Below, one piece after another: positions 35,859 through 45,862 of a stretch of DNA of 60,397 nucleotides. The stretch spans positions 1 through 60,397 of IMG/VR virus record IMGVR_UViG_3300038560_000015, one strand, 5' to 3'. The notes under the pieces are model-generated. The model worked only from the letters and a program-made list of their open reading frames with translations. It was not told the origin of the DNA and ran no database searches. This DNA comes from a virus. Its lineage: Duplodnaviria > Caudoviricetes. A program made the translations under genes and the position numbers. Position 1 is the first letter of the stretch. Every line of letters starts with the position of its first letter.

Positions 35859-37430
35859 TTAGCCGTTGCCGATGTTGTTGATCACCGCCATGGACGGCGG
35901 GAAATAATGCTGCAGAACTTCGTCGGCATAGACGCCGGATTCCCATTTGCGGGACTTTAACGGCCACTGGATCTGGTAGTAGTCCTGCCGCGTCCGGATC
36001 TGCATGACGTTGCCGACGCCCGACATCGGATAGGGCAGCCGCTTCGACGTCATCAGGATGGTGCCCGCGGGCATGTTCGGGTGGATGCGGATGCTGAGCA
36101 CCTGCCCTCCCGCCAGCGAGAACTTGTTCTTGTAGGTCGACACCATGATGCCGCCGCCGATGTCGTCCTTGTTGGTGGCAAAGACGAAGCGCTGTGCGGC
36201 CGTGGTGCCTCCGGCAAGGATCTTCTTGCCGATATTCTCGGCTTCCTGCGAGTTGCACCAGATGGTGTCGGGAGAGAGCCGGTAGTTGTCCCAGCGGTTC
36301 TTGAGCGCCGCATCGATCTCGACCACGCCGCCGGCATTGTCCGCGGTGAGCGGCGTACCGGTGCCGGCCGTACCGGTCGCCTGCGAGGCGACATAGGCAT
36401 TCGACCCGGATTTCATCGCTTGTGTCAGCAACCCGTCGAACGCCAGCGCATTCGTCGAGTTGTCGTTGGCGCCGAGCGATGCGGCCGTCTGCGCACCGGT
36501 CGCGTTCGCCGAGGCCACCAGCGAGTTGATGGTGGTGATGGCGCCGAGCACTTCGGAGCCGGCAACCCCCCAGAACCAGGCGTAGCCCATGGCGCCGGAG
36601 ACTGCCGTGACGGTCGCGGCCAGCGTGCCGTTGCCGCCCATGGCGATGGTGGCGTTGGCGCTCTGCTTGCCGGCGCCACCGCCGAACGTATCGGACGAGC
36701 CGTCGGCATTGACGCGGGTGATCTGGCCCTGAATACCGCCGGAGACGGTGCCGTTGAGCAGGCCGTCGAGCGACAGTGGAACGCAGATCACCGACACCGT
36801 GCCCGTCAGTGTACCGCCGGACGAGCTCGACAGCGACGGCTGCGAGGGTTGCCCCAACGCCACCGAGGTGTCGCCGCCGAGGATCATCGCCTCTTCGCCG
36901 AGCATGCAGGCTTCCAGCCCGACCTTGGCCGCGATGGCGCGGATGTCGTCGAAGCCCATGCCGGCATATTGCGCTTCGAAGTCGACATTGGTCTCGATGC
37001 CGATCCCCTTATACGCTGCCGAGTAGTCGGCATAGGTGATGGCCTGCACGCCGCCGCGATTGCCGACCGAGACGCCGACACGCTGACCGGAGGTGTTGAT
37101 CCCGGTCGCGGCGCGCCAGTTCGCCTGGATGCCGCCCTTGCCGGACATGCGCGGGATTTCGTTGCGGAGCGGCGTGAGCACCGGATAGAGAAACTTCGCC
37201 CCGGTCTCGAGATCGTAGTAATTGAGGCCGTCCGTGGCAGAGCCCGGTTGCGTGAACGTCGACTTGATGAACGACAGCGGGTCGCCGGGCAGCGGCGAAT
37301 TGAAGGCCTTCTCGACCGAGGCGATGAACGCATCGATCGCGACGTCCTCCTTCAGCGAAGGCACCCAGGTGCCCGCCGATTTCATCAGCAGGTCTTTCAC
37401 GCTGGGCGTGAGTTTGATCATTTGCGACAT
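35859..37430 (-). CDS. Major capsid protein
   Basis: 523 aa after the protease; YDLE..AK.LYPVLTPLRN.IPR; IHPNMPAGTI; YADEVLQHYFP. Confidence 0.85.
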   Translation of the reverse strand: MSQMIKLTPSVKDLLMKSAGTWVPSLKEDVAIDAFIASVEKAFNSPLPGDPLSFIKSTFTQPGSATDGLNYYDLETGAKFLYPVLTPLRNEIPRMSGKGGIQANWRAATGINTSGQRVGVSVGNRGGVQAITYADYSAAYKGIGIETNVDFEAQYAGMGFDDIRAIAAKVGLEACMLGEEAMILGGDTSVALGQPSQPSLSSSSGGTLTGTVSVICVPLSLDGLLNGTVSGGIQGQITRVNADGSSDTFGGGAGKQSANATIAMGGNGTLAATVTAVSGAMGYAWFWGVAGSEVLGAITTINSLVASANATGAQTAASLGANDNSTNALAFDGLLTQAMKSGSNAYVASQATGTAGTGTPLTADNAGGVVEIDAALKNRWDNYRLSPDTIWCNSQEAENIGKKILAGGTTAAQRFVFATNKDDIGGGIMVSTYKNKFSLAGGQVLSIRIHPNMPAGTILMTSKRLPYPMSGVGNVMQIRTRQDYYQIQWPLKSRKWESGVYADEVLQHYFPPSMAVINNIGNG

Positions 37431-37479
37431 GGGATGTGTCCCGTGTTGAGGTGGTGCATGCGCACGCTTGGTGCGCGGT

Positions 37480-37540
37480 TCGCGGCGCCGTCCCCGGCGG
37501 CCGTAGGCGATACGCGGCAGACCGTCCCCGGCCCGCGATG
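37480..37540 (-). promoter_or_regulatory. Twin GGGA-loop hairpins in the capsid gene leader
   Basis: GCCG-GGGA-CGG at 37522-37532 and 37488-37498 with extendable stems. Confidence 0.5.
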
Positions 37541-37552
37541 ACTGAATTTCTG

Positions 37553-39568
37553 TTAGCTGCGCTGCGCGACGCGCAACGCCGTCGAGGCGAGCCGGCTCAG
37601 GCCGTCCGTCTCCGACGAGGCCGCGCCGAGCTGATCGGCCACGGCGCCGAAGTCGTGTGACTTCTCGACCGTGCGCAAGGTCACCGACGTGGTGCCCATC
37701 GGCAGCGGCTGTGCGGCAATCTGCTTAACGACCTCGTGAATGGCCGAAAGCTCGGCAGCAAACGCCTTGCGATCGGCATCGCGTTCGGCGGTCAAGGCCT
37801 TGACCAGCTTCTCGGCATCCTCGTCGCCTTCATCGTCGGCGGCATCGCAACAATCCGGATCGAGCTCGACCAAAAGATCGTGCGCTTGCGCGATGCGGTC
37901 CTTGTCGGCCTTCGAATGCTTCGCGCCAGCCTTGATCAGCGCCGCCCCGACGACAGCCTTGACCAGGCCGGCGGTTTTGACGGATGCCGCCACTTCGTTC
38001 GCCGCCTCGGCGTCTTCCTCTTCCTTCATCGAGTTGAGGACGATGTCGAGCATTTCGGCTGCGATATCGCCGAGCTCGACCAGCGCTGCGCCAAAGCGAT
38101 CGCACAGGTCTTTCGGCAGATCGACGGAATTGCCGAAACTCCACGCCGGCAGCTCGGCATTGTCTTCCATGCGCGAGACGCCGTCGAGCAACAGCAACAG
38201 ATCGCTGATCGACCACAGATCGGCACCCTTCGAAAGCCCGCCGTCCCCGGCGACTTTCTTGGACTCCTTATCCTTGGTCGAACCGGCCCAGTCGGCCGGC
38301 AGCAGATCGGTCAGCTTCAATGCCTTGGCGCGCTTGGTGATGTGCCGCTTCGCCGCGGCCTTGTTCTTAGAACGGCCGTAGGCCTTGACCGCATTTTCCA
38401 GATCGTCCTTGTCTTTGATCGGAAACGATCCGTCCTTCATGGCCTCACCTTTGTCTGCCATGTCCTTACGCTCGTCGTCGCTATAGTCTTTCTTCGCAAC
38501 CGTGCCGTCCCCGGCGGTCGCGGGATCGACCTTTGCAACGACAGTCTCGCCCGGTTTTGCAGCCGCAGCGTCCCCGCCGTTCTGCTTTTCGAGCATGGTC
38601 TTGATGCCGGCCAGCGCTTCGAGCACGGGGCCGGCTTGTTTCCTCGCCGCCGTCTCGGCGTCGAGATCGACCAGCGCCTGGCGCAGATCGGCTTTTTTCT
38701 TGAAAGTCTTGCCGGGCAGCCGTTCGTTGACCCAGACCTGCTCGCCGACTTCGTTGTCGTTCGGCGTCTCGACCTTGGCGACCGGCGCGGCAACAGGCGC
38801 AACCGCGGTCACCGTGAGCGCCTTGGTCGCCGCCTCGATCTGCTCGGCCCACTTGCTTTCGTCGCCGGCGGCCTTCGCCAGTTCCTGCGCCTTGACGACG
38901 ATCTCGGCCGCGGTCGGCGCCGGCTTTTCCGGTTCGACCGCCTTGAACTTGCGCATCTCGACCGAGCCGTCGGCCTTGATGATCTCGAAGGTTGCCTCCT
39001 TGAGGCACGGAGAATCCACCAGCGAGACCTCGAAAGGCTCGGCGGTATATTTGGTCACCTCGCCATCCTTCCAGCGCTTGACGTATTTGCCGCCCTGCGA
39101 GAAGCCGGTATAAACGCCCTCTTCGACTTTCTTCCACTCGGCGTCGTCGACCACCTTGCCGCAGATTTCGATCTTCTTCGCCTCGTCGTTGAAGTTGATC
39201 GTGGTCAGCTTGCCGGCGGCGACATTGCCGTGCATGGCGCGCAGATTGCCGACGCTCTTGCCGTCGGTGTTCTTGGCAAACTCGCCGGACCATTTTTCGT
39301 AAAGCGGCTTGGTCGTGGCGTAATCGCACACCTCGCCGGCAACGTCCGGCAGCTCGGCTGTCGCCACGCCATAGACCAGGCGCTTGGCCGCATCGACCTT
39401 GGTGATCGGGATAAACAACTTGAGCGCGTCGTTGGTGGCCGTGGCAGTCATCGTTGTCTCCGTTTCACCGGATGGGGATTTGCGCCGTTTACGCCGGCGC
39501 CTGGAACCTTCAAGGTCGTAGGATTGCAAGCCGTCAGTCGCACTCGTGGGCGCAGAGAACGTCGACAT
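37553..39568 (-). CDS. Prohead protease/scaffold (XkdF-like); internal start at 39451 likely
   Basis: ITKVD..KRLVYG; LRAMH; YTGFSQGG; EVSLVDSP; GGAG RBS before 39451. Confidence 0.85.
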   Translation of the reverse strand: MSTFSAPTSATDGLQSYDLEGSRRRRKRRKSPSGETETTMTATATNDALKLFIPITKVDAAKRLVYGVATAELPDVAGEVCDYATTKPLYEKWSGEFAKNTDGKSVGNLRAMHGNVAAGKLTTINFNDEAKKIEICGKVVDDAEWKKVEEGVYTGFSQGGKYVKRWKDGEVTKYTAEPFEVSLVDSPCLKEATFEIIKADGSVEMRKFKAVEPEKPAPTAAEIVVKAQELAKAAGDESKWAEQIEAATKALTVTAVAPVAAPVAKVETPNDNEVGEQVWVNERLPGKTFKKKADLRQALVDLDAETAARKQAGPVLEALAGIKTMLEKQNGGDAAAAKPGETVVAKVDPATAGDGTVAKKDYSDDERKDMADKGEAMKDGSFPIKDKDDLENAVKAYGRSKNKAAAKRHITKRAKALKLTDLLPADWAGSTKDKESKKVAGDGGLSKGADLWSISDLLLLLDGVSRMEDNAELPAWSFGNSVDLPKDLCDRFGAALVELGDIAAEMLDIVLNSMKEEEDAEAANEVAASVKTAGLVKAVVGAALIKAGAKHSKADKDRIAQAHDLLVELDPDCCDAADDEGDEDAEKLVKALTAERDADRKAFAAELSAIHEVVKQIAAQPLPMGTTSVTLRTVEKSHDFGAVADQLGAASSETDGLSRLASTALRVAQRS

Positions 39569-41079
39569 CAGTCGACGACCTCTTCCTCGGCCGGCGTCGG
39601 CTCCTTGCCCTCGGTCTCGGTCGGCGCGGCGATTTCGTCGGACGCCGCCGGCAGCGCCGGCTTCGCACCGTTAGCGCCGAACGGCGACGCCCCGATATTG
39701 GCTTCGACCGGAACGTAGCCCTGCGCCGTATAGGCCATCGGCTTGTCGGCGGCCGGATCGTTGTAACGCTCCATGCCGATATTGTCGCGAAACTCATTGA
39801 GCGTGATGGCGCCGGCCTTGACGCGGCCTTCGAGCACGGTTTCCTGCTTGACCGGATCGGTGTCGTCCTCTTCGATCCACACCAGTTCGATGTCGGAGGA
39901 ATCCAGTTCGTTGGCGACGATGTCGTCGATCAGATCCTTGATCCACTCCTTGGTCGGCTCAAGACCCTCTTCTTCAGAGGTTGTCGAATGTTCCTTCGCC
40001 GTCGCACGGTTCATCATGCTGACGGCCCATTGCGGATTGACCGAAAAGGCGTAGCAAATGACCCGCGCCAGCCACTCGTCGAACACGCTTTTCTGATCCG
40101 GCTCCTTGGTCTGATGCACCTTCATGGCGACGTCGCCGGGCACGAACTTCGCCCGCCGCCGCTTGCCGAGATCACCTGAGAATTCCGTGTCCCAATATTC
40201 CTGGAATTGCTTGATCTGCTGCACCGTCCAGGTCGTCGGCACGCCGATCAAGGCGTCGGGGATCGAGCCTTCGGTGTAGTAATCGAGCTGCCACAACTGC
40301 CGGCGCAGCGCGATCTGCACGGTGATCAGCACCTGCTGCACCGGCGAATAACCATAGGCACGATGCGAGCGGATGTTACGCGGCCGATAGATGATATCGC
40401 GGGTCGAATAGTTGACGGCAGGAAGGCCTTTGAGGATTTGCTGATAGGCCGGCGGATAGACCATGCCTTCCGGACCGCGATACGGCAGCGGCGTGCGGCC
40501 CCAATCGTCGATCACGCGCTTGATGGTGCCGCCGTCGATCTGATGCAGCGCCAGCAACTGGCCGCCGCGGCTGCGCTGGCAATAAAGCGTCGCCGCGTCG
40601 ATGACGAACATGTCTTCGAGCAGCGAGCGTATCCAACCTTTCCAGCTCGTAAAGCCGTCCGGCCGGCGCAAGAAGCTGATGACCTTGTCGATCCGGCCCT
40701 GCATGTCCGCCGGGCGCTTGCTCATGCGGCGGAGCACCGGATCGCGCGGCTTGACGGTCCAGCGCAGGCGCTCGACCTGGTCCTTGCGTGTCTCGATGAC
40801 GAGCCGCAGCAGATCGCAGGCATCGGCGAACCAGCGCAGCTCGGAAAACCCGATCGGCTCGAAGGCCCGCGGCCGGGTCTGCAGGTTGTAGCCGGGTGCG
40901 TAATCGAAACGCCGGCCGGCGACCTCCGGTGGCGCCGTCGGCGCCATAGGATCGAGCGGCCCGAACCAGTCGGCACCAGTGCCGCGGGTGATGCCGGCCG
41001 AGGCGCCGTACTGCACATTGACCGTATAGGGATCGAGCGCCCAGGTCGGTCGCCCGGCGCCGCGCTGCGGATCGGCCAT
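39568..41079 (-). CDS. Portal protein
   Basis: IDGGTIKRVIDDWGRTP; YGYSPV; EEEGLEP; TLNEFR. Confidence 0.9.
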   Translation of the reverse strand: MADPQRGAGRPTWALDPYTVNVQYGASAGITRGTGADWFGPLDPMAPTAPPEVAGRRFDYAPGYNLQTRPRAFEPIGFSELRWFADACDLLRLVIETRKDQVERLRWTVKPRDPVLRRMSKRPADMQGRIDKVISFLRRPDGFTSWKGWIRSLLEDMFVIDAATLYCQRSRGGQLLALHQIDGGTIKRVIDDWGRTPLPYRGPEGMVYPPAYQQILKGLPAVNYSTRDIIYRPRNIRSHRAYGYSPVQQVLITVQIALRRQLWQLDYYTEGSIPDALIGVPTTWTVQQIKQFQEYWDTEFSGDLGKRRRAKFVPGDVAMKVHQTKEPDQKSVFDEWLARVICYAFSVNPQWAVSMMNRATAKEHSTTSEEEGLEPTKEWIKDLIDDIVANELDSSDIELVWIEEDDTDPVKQETVLEGRVKAGAITLNEFRDNIGMERYNDPAADKPMAYTAQGYVPVEANIGASPFGANGAKPALPAASDEIAAPTETEGKEPTPAEEEVVD

Positions 41080-41081
41080 GC

Positions 41082-42494
41082 TCAGCCTCGAATGACTACA
41101 GCGCTATCGGCCATCGCCGCGATGCGTTGCTTGATGGCCGCGAGCGGCGCGCGCCAGTTTTCGGGCGCAACCTGATCGAAAAGCTCGACCGACGGATACC
41201 AGGGTGCCGCACCCTTGCACCAGCGCCAGCACGGATTGATCGGATTGAGCATGAAACAAGGCTTGCCGAGTGCGCCGGCCACATGGACCGCCGCGGTATC
41301 GACCGCGACGACAAGATCGAGCTTTTGCACCACTGCTGCCGTGTCGGCGAAGTCACTGATGCCGGCCGTCGCGTCACCGACGAGATATTCGGCACCGCTG
41401 TCAATCCGCTCTTGTGCATAGGGTCCGATCTGCAGCGACCACAACCGGACGCCGGGAATGGTGCCGAGATCGAGCAGGTCGCCGACCGGGACCGACCGCT
41501 GTCGGCTCCGCTCGTGACCGGGCGAAGCCGCCCATACCAGACCGACGGCGAGCTTCGCGCCGCCATCACGGAAGGACCGATCGCAGTGCACTTGCGCCGT
41601 CAGGTATGGCGCCGAAGGTATTGTTTCATAACTTGGCTTGCACAGCGCCACGGCGGAGATCAGCGGGCAGTGAAAGTGTGCATCACGCGCGGCGCATACG
41701 ATGTCGCCCGGGCTGTCGATATCGATGATCAGATCGATCTTGCAGTGGCCGCGCAGCAATCGATGGAGCGCCTTCGGCGCAGCCAACACTATGCGAGCCG
41801 GTCCCGTCGCCTGTTCTCCGGCAAAGCGCCTGATGATCTCGGGGATGAAGCGAACGAACTGCAGCGTGTCGCCGAAGCCCTGCTCATGGTGCAGCAGCAG
41901 CGTCTTGCCGCCGAACTCTTCGCCGTTCCATTTCGGCAGACCGCAGTCCCAGATCGGGTTCTTGATCAGCATCCCCGCCCAGCGCACCTCGAGCAGATCA
42001 AGACCGAGCGCCAGATCACCGGACTTGAGCACGGCATGGGCCAAGTCTGACAGGCAGTTGACGGCATCCGGCTTGATCGCCAGCGCCCGCCTGAATGATG
42101 CTATCGCGTGGCTTGATCGCCCAGTCGCATAGTACAGCAAACCGAGATTGTGATGCGGCCCGTAATGGTCCGGCAGCAGATCCCGCGCCCGCGTCAGTGC
42201 CGCTTCCGCCTCGGCAAAGCGCTGAGCCCGCCACAGCGTATTGCCGAGGTTGTCCCAGACGTGACCGTTGTCCGGCTCGCTCGCCAGCGCGCGGCGAGAC
42301 AGCGCGATCGCGGCATCGTAACGGCCGGCACCGCAGACCATCACGGCGAGGTTATGATAGGCCTGCGTATAGTCGACGTCGCTGTCGAGCGCGGCCTGCA
42401 GCAACGCAAAGGCGTTGCCGCTGTCGCCGGCCGACATGCGTTCGGCGCCGAGCCGCAGAAGATCTGCGGCTCGGCTATTCAGTGTGCCGTGCAC
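41082..42494 (-). CDS. TPR-containing glycosyltransferase (GT-B fold, GT9-like C-terminus)
   Basis: Several TPRs (DNLGNTL, HNLGLLY); EQGFGDTLQFVRF; DLVVAVDTAAVHVAGALGKP. Confidence 0.88.
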   Translation of the reverse strand: MHGTLNSRAADLLRLGAERMSAGDSGNAFALLQAALDSDVDYTQAYHNLAVMVCGAGRYDAAIALSRRALASEPDNGHVWDNLGNTLWRAQRFAEAEAALTRARDLLPDHYGPHHNLGLLYYATGRSSHAIASFRRALAIKPDAVNCLSDLAHAVLKSGDLALGLDLLEVRWAGMLIKNPIWDCGLPKWNGEEFGGKTLLLHHEQGFGDTLQFVRFIPEIIRRFAGEQATGPARIVLAAPKALHRLLRGHCKIDLIIDIDSPGDIVCAARDAHFHCPLISAVALCKPSYETIPSAPYLTAQVHCDRSFRDGGAKLAVGLVWAASPGHERSRQRSVPVGDLLDLGTIPGVRLWSLQIGPYAQERIDSGAEYLVGDATAGISDFADTAAVVQKLDLVVAVDTAAVHVAGALGKPCFMLNPINPCWRWCKGAAPWYPSVELFDQVAPENWRAPLAAIKQRIAAMADSAVVIRG

Positions 42495-42497
42495 TGC

Positions 42498-43220
42498 TTA
42501 GCCCGGGAAGGTGTAGGTATACCCGAAGCTGAGCTGATGCGTGCCGTCTGGTGCCTGTGTCGGCGCGATCAAAGCGCCCGCTGCGGTCACCGTGCCGATC
42601 GTCTCGTCGGCCGGCACCATCAGACCGAGCGTGCCGGCGGTCGGCGTCAGCTTGGTCTCCTTGATCACCGCAAAGTCGACGAATCCCGGATCGACCGGAA
42701 CCGCGATGGTGCCGTTGGTGCCGACTTGCACGCCGGGCGACGAACCGCCGGAGACGCCGGAAACGACGGCACTGGTCAGATGCACCACGCCCTTCGATGT
42801 CTGAAGCGTCGCCGTTCCCGACGAAGCGATGCCGCCGAAGTTGAGCGTGTCGGTCTGGGTCGTTGAATCGTTCGCCGTATAGGTCAGCGCGAGCTGGCCC
42901 GCGACCAGCGACGCTGCGCCGGCATTGACCACCGCCTGCAACTGCCGCGGCACATCGGGCTGTGCCGCGATCGACAGCGTGCCGTTCGAAAATCCGGTCG
43001 ACGCGACCGTGACCGCAGCCGCAGCGATCGCCGGCGCACCCGGCGTGCTGTAGACCCGCTGCGCCGTGACGGCCCACTGGAAGCCGTCATTCATCAGCGC
43101 GTCGACGTCGAGAAAGCTGACGCCAGAAATCGTGCCATCGGAGCCGATGGTATAGTTGGTGCCGCTGCGGCCCATGACGACGCCGCCTACGCCAGCCGGT
43201 GCGATCAGTTTGATGCTCAT
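42498..43220 (-). CDS. Putative virion structural protein
   Basis: AGGAG RBS; QPDVPRQL; Gly/Thr/Val-rich. Confidence 0.7.
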   Translation of the reverse strand: MSIKLIAPAGVGGVVMGRSGTNYTIGSDGTISGVSFLDVDALMNDGFQWAVTAQRVYSTPGAPAIAAAAVTVASTGFSNGTLSIAAQPDVPRQLQAVVNAGAASLVAGQLALTYTANDSTTQTDTLNFGGIASSGTATLQTSKGVVHLTSAVVSGVSGGSSPGVQVGTNGTIAVPVDPGFVDFAVIKETKLTPTAGTLGLMVPADETIGTVTAAGALIAPTQAPDGTHQLSFGYTYTFPG

Positions 43221-43235
43221 AGCCGTGGTTCTCCT

Positions 43236-45146
43236 TTAGGTCGTGGCGAGCGCCACGGATGAAACGCGTTCAAACCCGATGTCGATAAGCGAAGCACTGT
43301 CCTGTTCGTCGACTTCAATGGTGCCATCGGCGCCGACGATGTACTGGCGCCCGGACATGCTGGACACATTGGAAATACCCGCCGGGGCGCGCAGGCAGAT
43401 TTCCTTTTTCGATCCCGCCGCGACGGTCGCGACAGCCGGCGACTTGGCGGCTTCCGACGCCGCACGGTAGAATTCCAAGATACCGCGGGCGCCTTTCGGC
43501 TCCGGATTGCGGATCATCACGTCGGCGGCGTCCCACAGCGCGAACACCGGATCGACCTTGGCATCGCCGGCGCTCTGCTTGGTCGCCGCTATCCCGGAGC
43601 GGCCGGCTTCGATCTTCACGTTGCCGACGCACCAATTCATCAGCGCGCTGGGCGAATGCAGGAGGGAGCCGTTCTCGAGCTTGCGTTCCGTCGTCTTGAT
43701 AGCACGCATCAAGCGCCAGCCCTGACCGATGCCGACGATCTGCTCGCTTGCCTCGTTGACGCCGATCTTGTCGAGCTCGTCGACGAGCTCCCCGTAGGGG
43801 CCCTCGTTGTCGATCGCGACGGCGGCGAGCAAGCCCGCGTCGTTCACCTTGGCGATCAGATCGACGACGGCGAGGATGTCCTGGTCGGCGCTGTCGATGA
43901 AAGTGAGGTCGCCGAGCTTTTCGAAGTCCTCGAGCAGCGAGGCGATGGCCTTGCGCCGTTCCAGCACCTTGCGATGGCACCAGGCGTGTGACCACAACAG
44001 CCAGCGCTTGGTTTCCCTTTCACGCCCGAGAGCCGCAAAGCCGAACAGATCGTCGAGCCCACCGCCATCGAGACCGATCACGATCGCCTCGCAGCGCGCG
44101 ATCAGGTCATCAAGCCTCAGAACCTTTTCGTCTTCGGACGTTGACCAGAACTCGGCGCCGGCCCACGATTCCGACTTGAGCCCGATGCCGATCTCGATGT
44201 TGAGATGCTGCGAGGCCCAGATCCGCTTCGCCTGCTCGTTCTTGGACTTCTCGGTTTCCCAGTCCGGGATCAGGCTCGTTAGGTGCATCGACCGGCCGAG
44301 GTTCGGCATCACCATCGGCCAGTTGACAGGATTGCTCCACTTGTCCTGGTCCTTGGCGATGTCGGCCGGGAACTCGTAGATGATCGGCAGCATGGACCGC
44401 ACCTCGCGATCCTTGAACCGGCCATCGCGGATCCCGCGCGCCATCGCGAGCTCGTCCTTCATCACGCCGGCGGGAATGTCGTCGCTCGCCGTCGTGGTGA
44501 TGAGAAGCAATCCCTCCTGCGTCTTTTCAAGGCCGCCGCGGATTTGCCGCAGCACCTTGGCCGCGTAGGGCAATCGGCCCAGCAAGTGCAGCTCGTCGAC
44601 CAGCGCCAGAAATAGGATCGAGCCGGTCAGGATATTGACGTCGAAGGTCTTGACCCGAAGCTCGGAGCCGGTGACCAGGTCCTCGATCGTTTTGACGTGG
44701 TCGCGGGTGCGAAACCGCCGCTTCAGGTCGACCGAGGCCTCGATCATGCCGGTCGCCTTGTCATAGGCGTTATCGGCGATGGCTTGTGTCGGCCCGACGA
44801 ACAGCGCCTCGGCGCGCGGCCGTCGGTTCATCAGCATGCCGACCAGTAGCAGGCCGGCAGAGTAGGTCGTTTTCGACTGCCCCTTCGGCAGCATCGCGAA
44901 GATGTCGCGGATGTAGCGGACCCGGGCGACCGGGTCCCACGATCCGAAGGCGACGCGGACGATGTCGCGAAACCACTGCCCGGCGGCGTCGCGCATCCTT
45001 GGCAGGCCGGGCTGATCGGGAAGCTGCAGCTCGTCGAAGAACTGCAGCCCGATGTCCGCCTCGCTCTCGATCAGCGGCAGCTTCGGTATGAGCGACCGGC
45101 CGGCCCGGATGCGGGCCTCCCAATCGACGCAGGAGGTGTCCCACAT
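43236..45146 (-). CDS. terL: Terminase large subunit with C-terminal extension
   Basis: PKGQSKTT Walker A; LVDELH Walker B; ITT; GLDGGGLDDL; KVDP. Confidence 0.92.
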   Translation of the reverse strand: MWDTSCVDWEARIRAGRSLIPKLPLIESEADIGLQFFDELQLPDQPGLPRMRDAAGQWFRDIVRVAFGSWDPVARVRYIRDIFAMLPKGQSKTTYSAGLLLVGMLMNRRPRAEALFVGPTQAIADNAYDKATGMIEASVDLKRRFRTRDHVKTIEDLVTGSELRVKTFDVNILTGSILFLALVDELHLLGRLPYAAKVLRQIRGGLEKTQEGLLLITTTASDDIPAGVMKDELAMARGIRDGRFKDREVRSMLPIIYEFPADIAKDQDKWSNPVNWPMVMPNLGRSMHLTSLIPDWETEKSKNEQAKRIWASQHLNIEIGIGLKSESWAGAEFWSTSEDEKVLRLDDLIARCEAIVIGLDGGGLDDLFGFAALGRERETKRWLLWSHAWCHRKVLERRKAIASLLEDFEKLGDLTFIDSADQDILAVVDLIAKVNDAGLLAAVAIDNEGPYGELVDELDKIGVNEASEQIVGIGQGWRLMRAIKTTERKLENGSLLHSPSALMNWCVGNVKIEAGRSGIAATKQSAGDAKVDPVFALWDAADVMIRNPEPKGARGILEFYRAASEAAKSPAVATVAAGSKKEICLRAPAGISNVSSMSGRQYIVGADGTIEVDEQDSASLIDIGFERVSSVALATT

Positions 45147-45147
45147 C

Positions 45148-45675
45148 TCAGTTGACGGGCTGGCCCTGCCGCTGCGCCATCAGTTCGCCAAGCGGCGTCC
45201 CGGTATCAGGCCGCTGCGCATCCTCGAGCGCCTGCTCTTTCTTGCCCTTCGATGGCGGCTTCGGCTGATGCGCCGGCTGCGGCCGCTCGGTCTGGCCGTA
45301 CATCATCAGGTCGTTACGGCGGACGAGATCGCGGAATTCCTTCATCGCCGGCACGCTGCCGTCTTCGACCAGGCGCCATAGCCGCATCGCCAGCGCCGCA
45401 TCCATCCGATCGCGCTGCTCGTCGCGGCGCTTGAGCTCGGCCTTGTAGAATTTACGAAGCGTCGGCTTGGTGATGTAGAGCGCCCGAGCGATGCGCTCGT
45501 TACCCCATCCCAGTGCCAAGAGCAGGATGACCTTATTGCGGTTTTCCGAAGTCGCGATGTGCTGCGGCCGGCCGCGCAGTCCAAAGCCGTCAGGCACCGG
45601 GTCGCCGAACAGGTCGACCCGCTGCGGCGTGCTGCTCTCGGACTTGGCCTCTGGAACTTGCTCGTCGGGCGCCAT
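45148..45675 (-). CDS. Terminase small subunit-like HTH protein
   Basis: DLFGDP..GRPQH; NERIARAL.ITKPTLRKFY; GKKEQ; adjacent to terL. Confidence 0.75.
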   Translation of the reverse strand: MAPDEQVPEAKSESSTPQRVDLFGDPVPDGFGLRGRPQHIATSENRNKVILLLALGWGNERIARALYITKPTLRKFYKAELKRRDEQRDRMDAALAMRLWRLVEDGSVPAMKEFRDLVRRNDLMMYGQTERPQPAHQPKPPSKGKKEQALEDAQRPDTGTPLGELMAQRQGQPVN

Positions 45676-45779
45676 GTTGACCACCGGAAAACAAATGCTG
45701 GCATTGGCCCCGCCCAACCGGGAAATCCTCCATAGTTTCAACGGCACAAAGGCTGCACCGGTTCGAAAAAATATCACTC

Positions 45780-45862
45780 GGAAGAAAAAAAATCCGCCGA
45801 TGTTGGGTCGCGCGGTTACAGCGGCAGAGCCGCCCGAAAATTTAACCCCCTACCCCCCCAGA
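45780..45862. other. Candidate cos region
   Basis: Between HNH and terS as in HK97-type phages; G-runs then T-run on the minus strand; nick site not defined. Confidence 0.35.

Noticed and set aside
36081-39718. Long plus-strand ORFs (486 and 660 aa) and similar antisense ORFs elsewhere
   Set aside because: Shadow frames of high-GC minus-strand genes with no recognisable motifs
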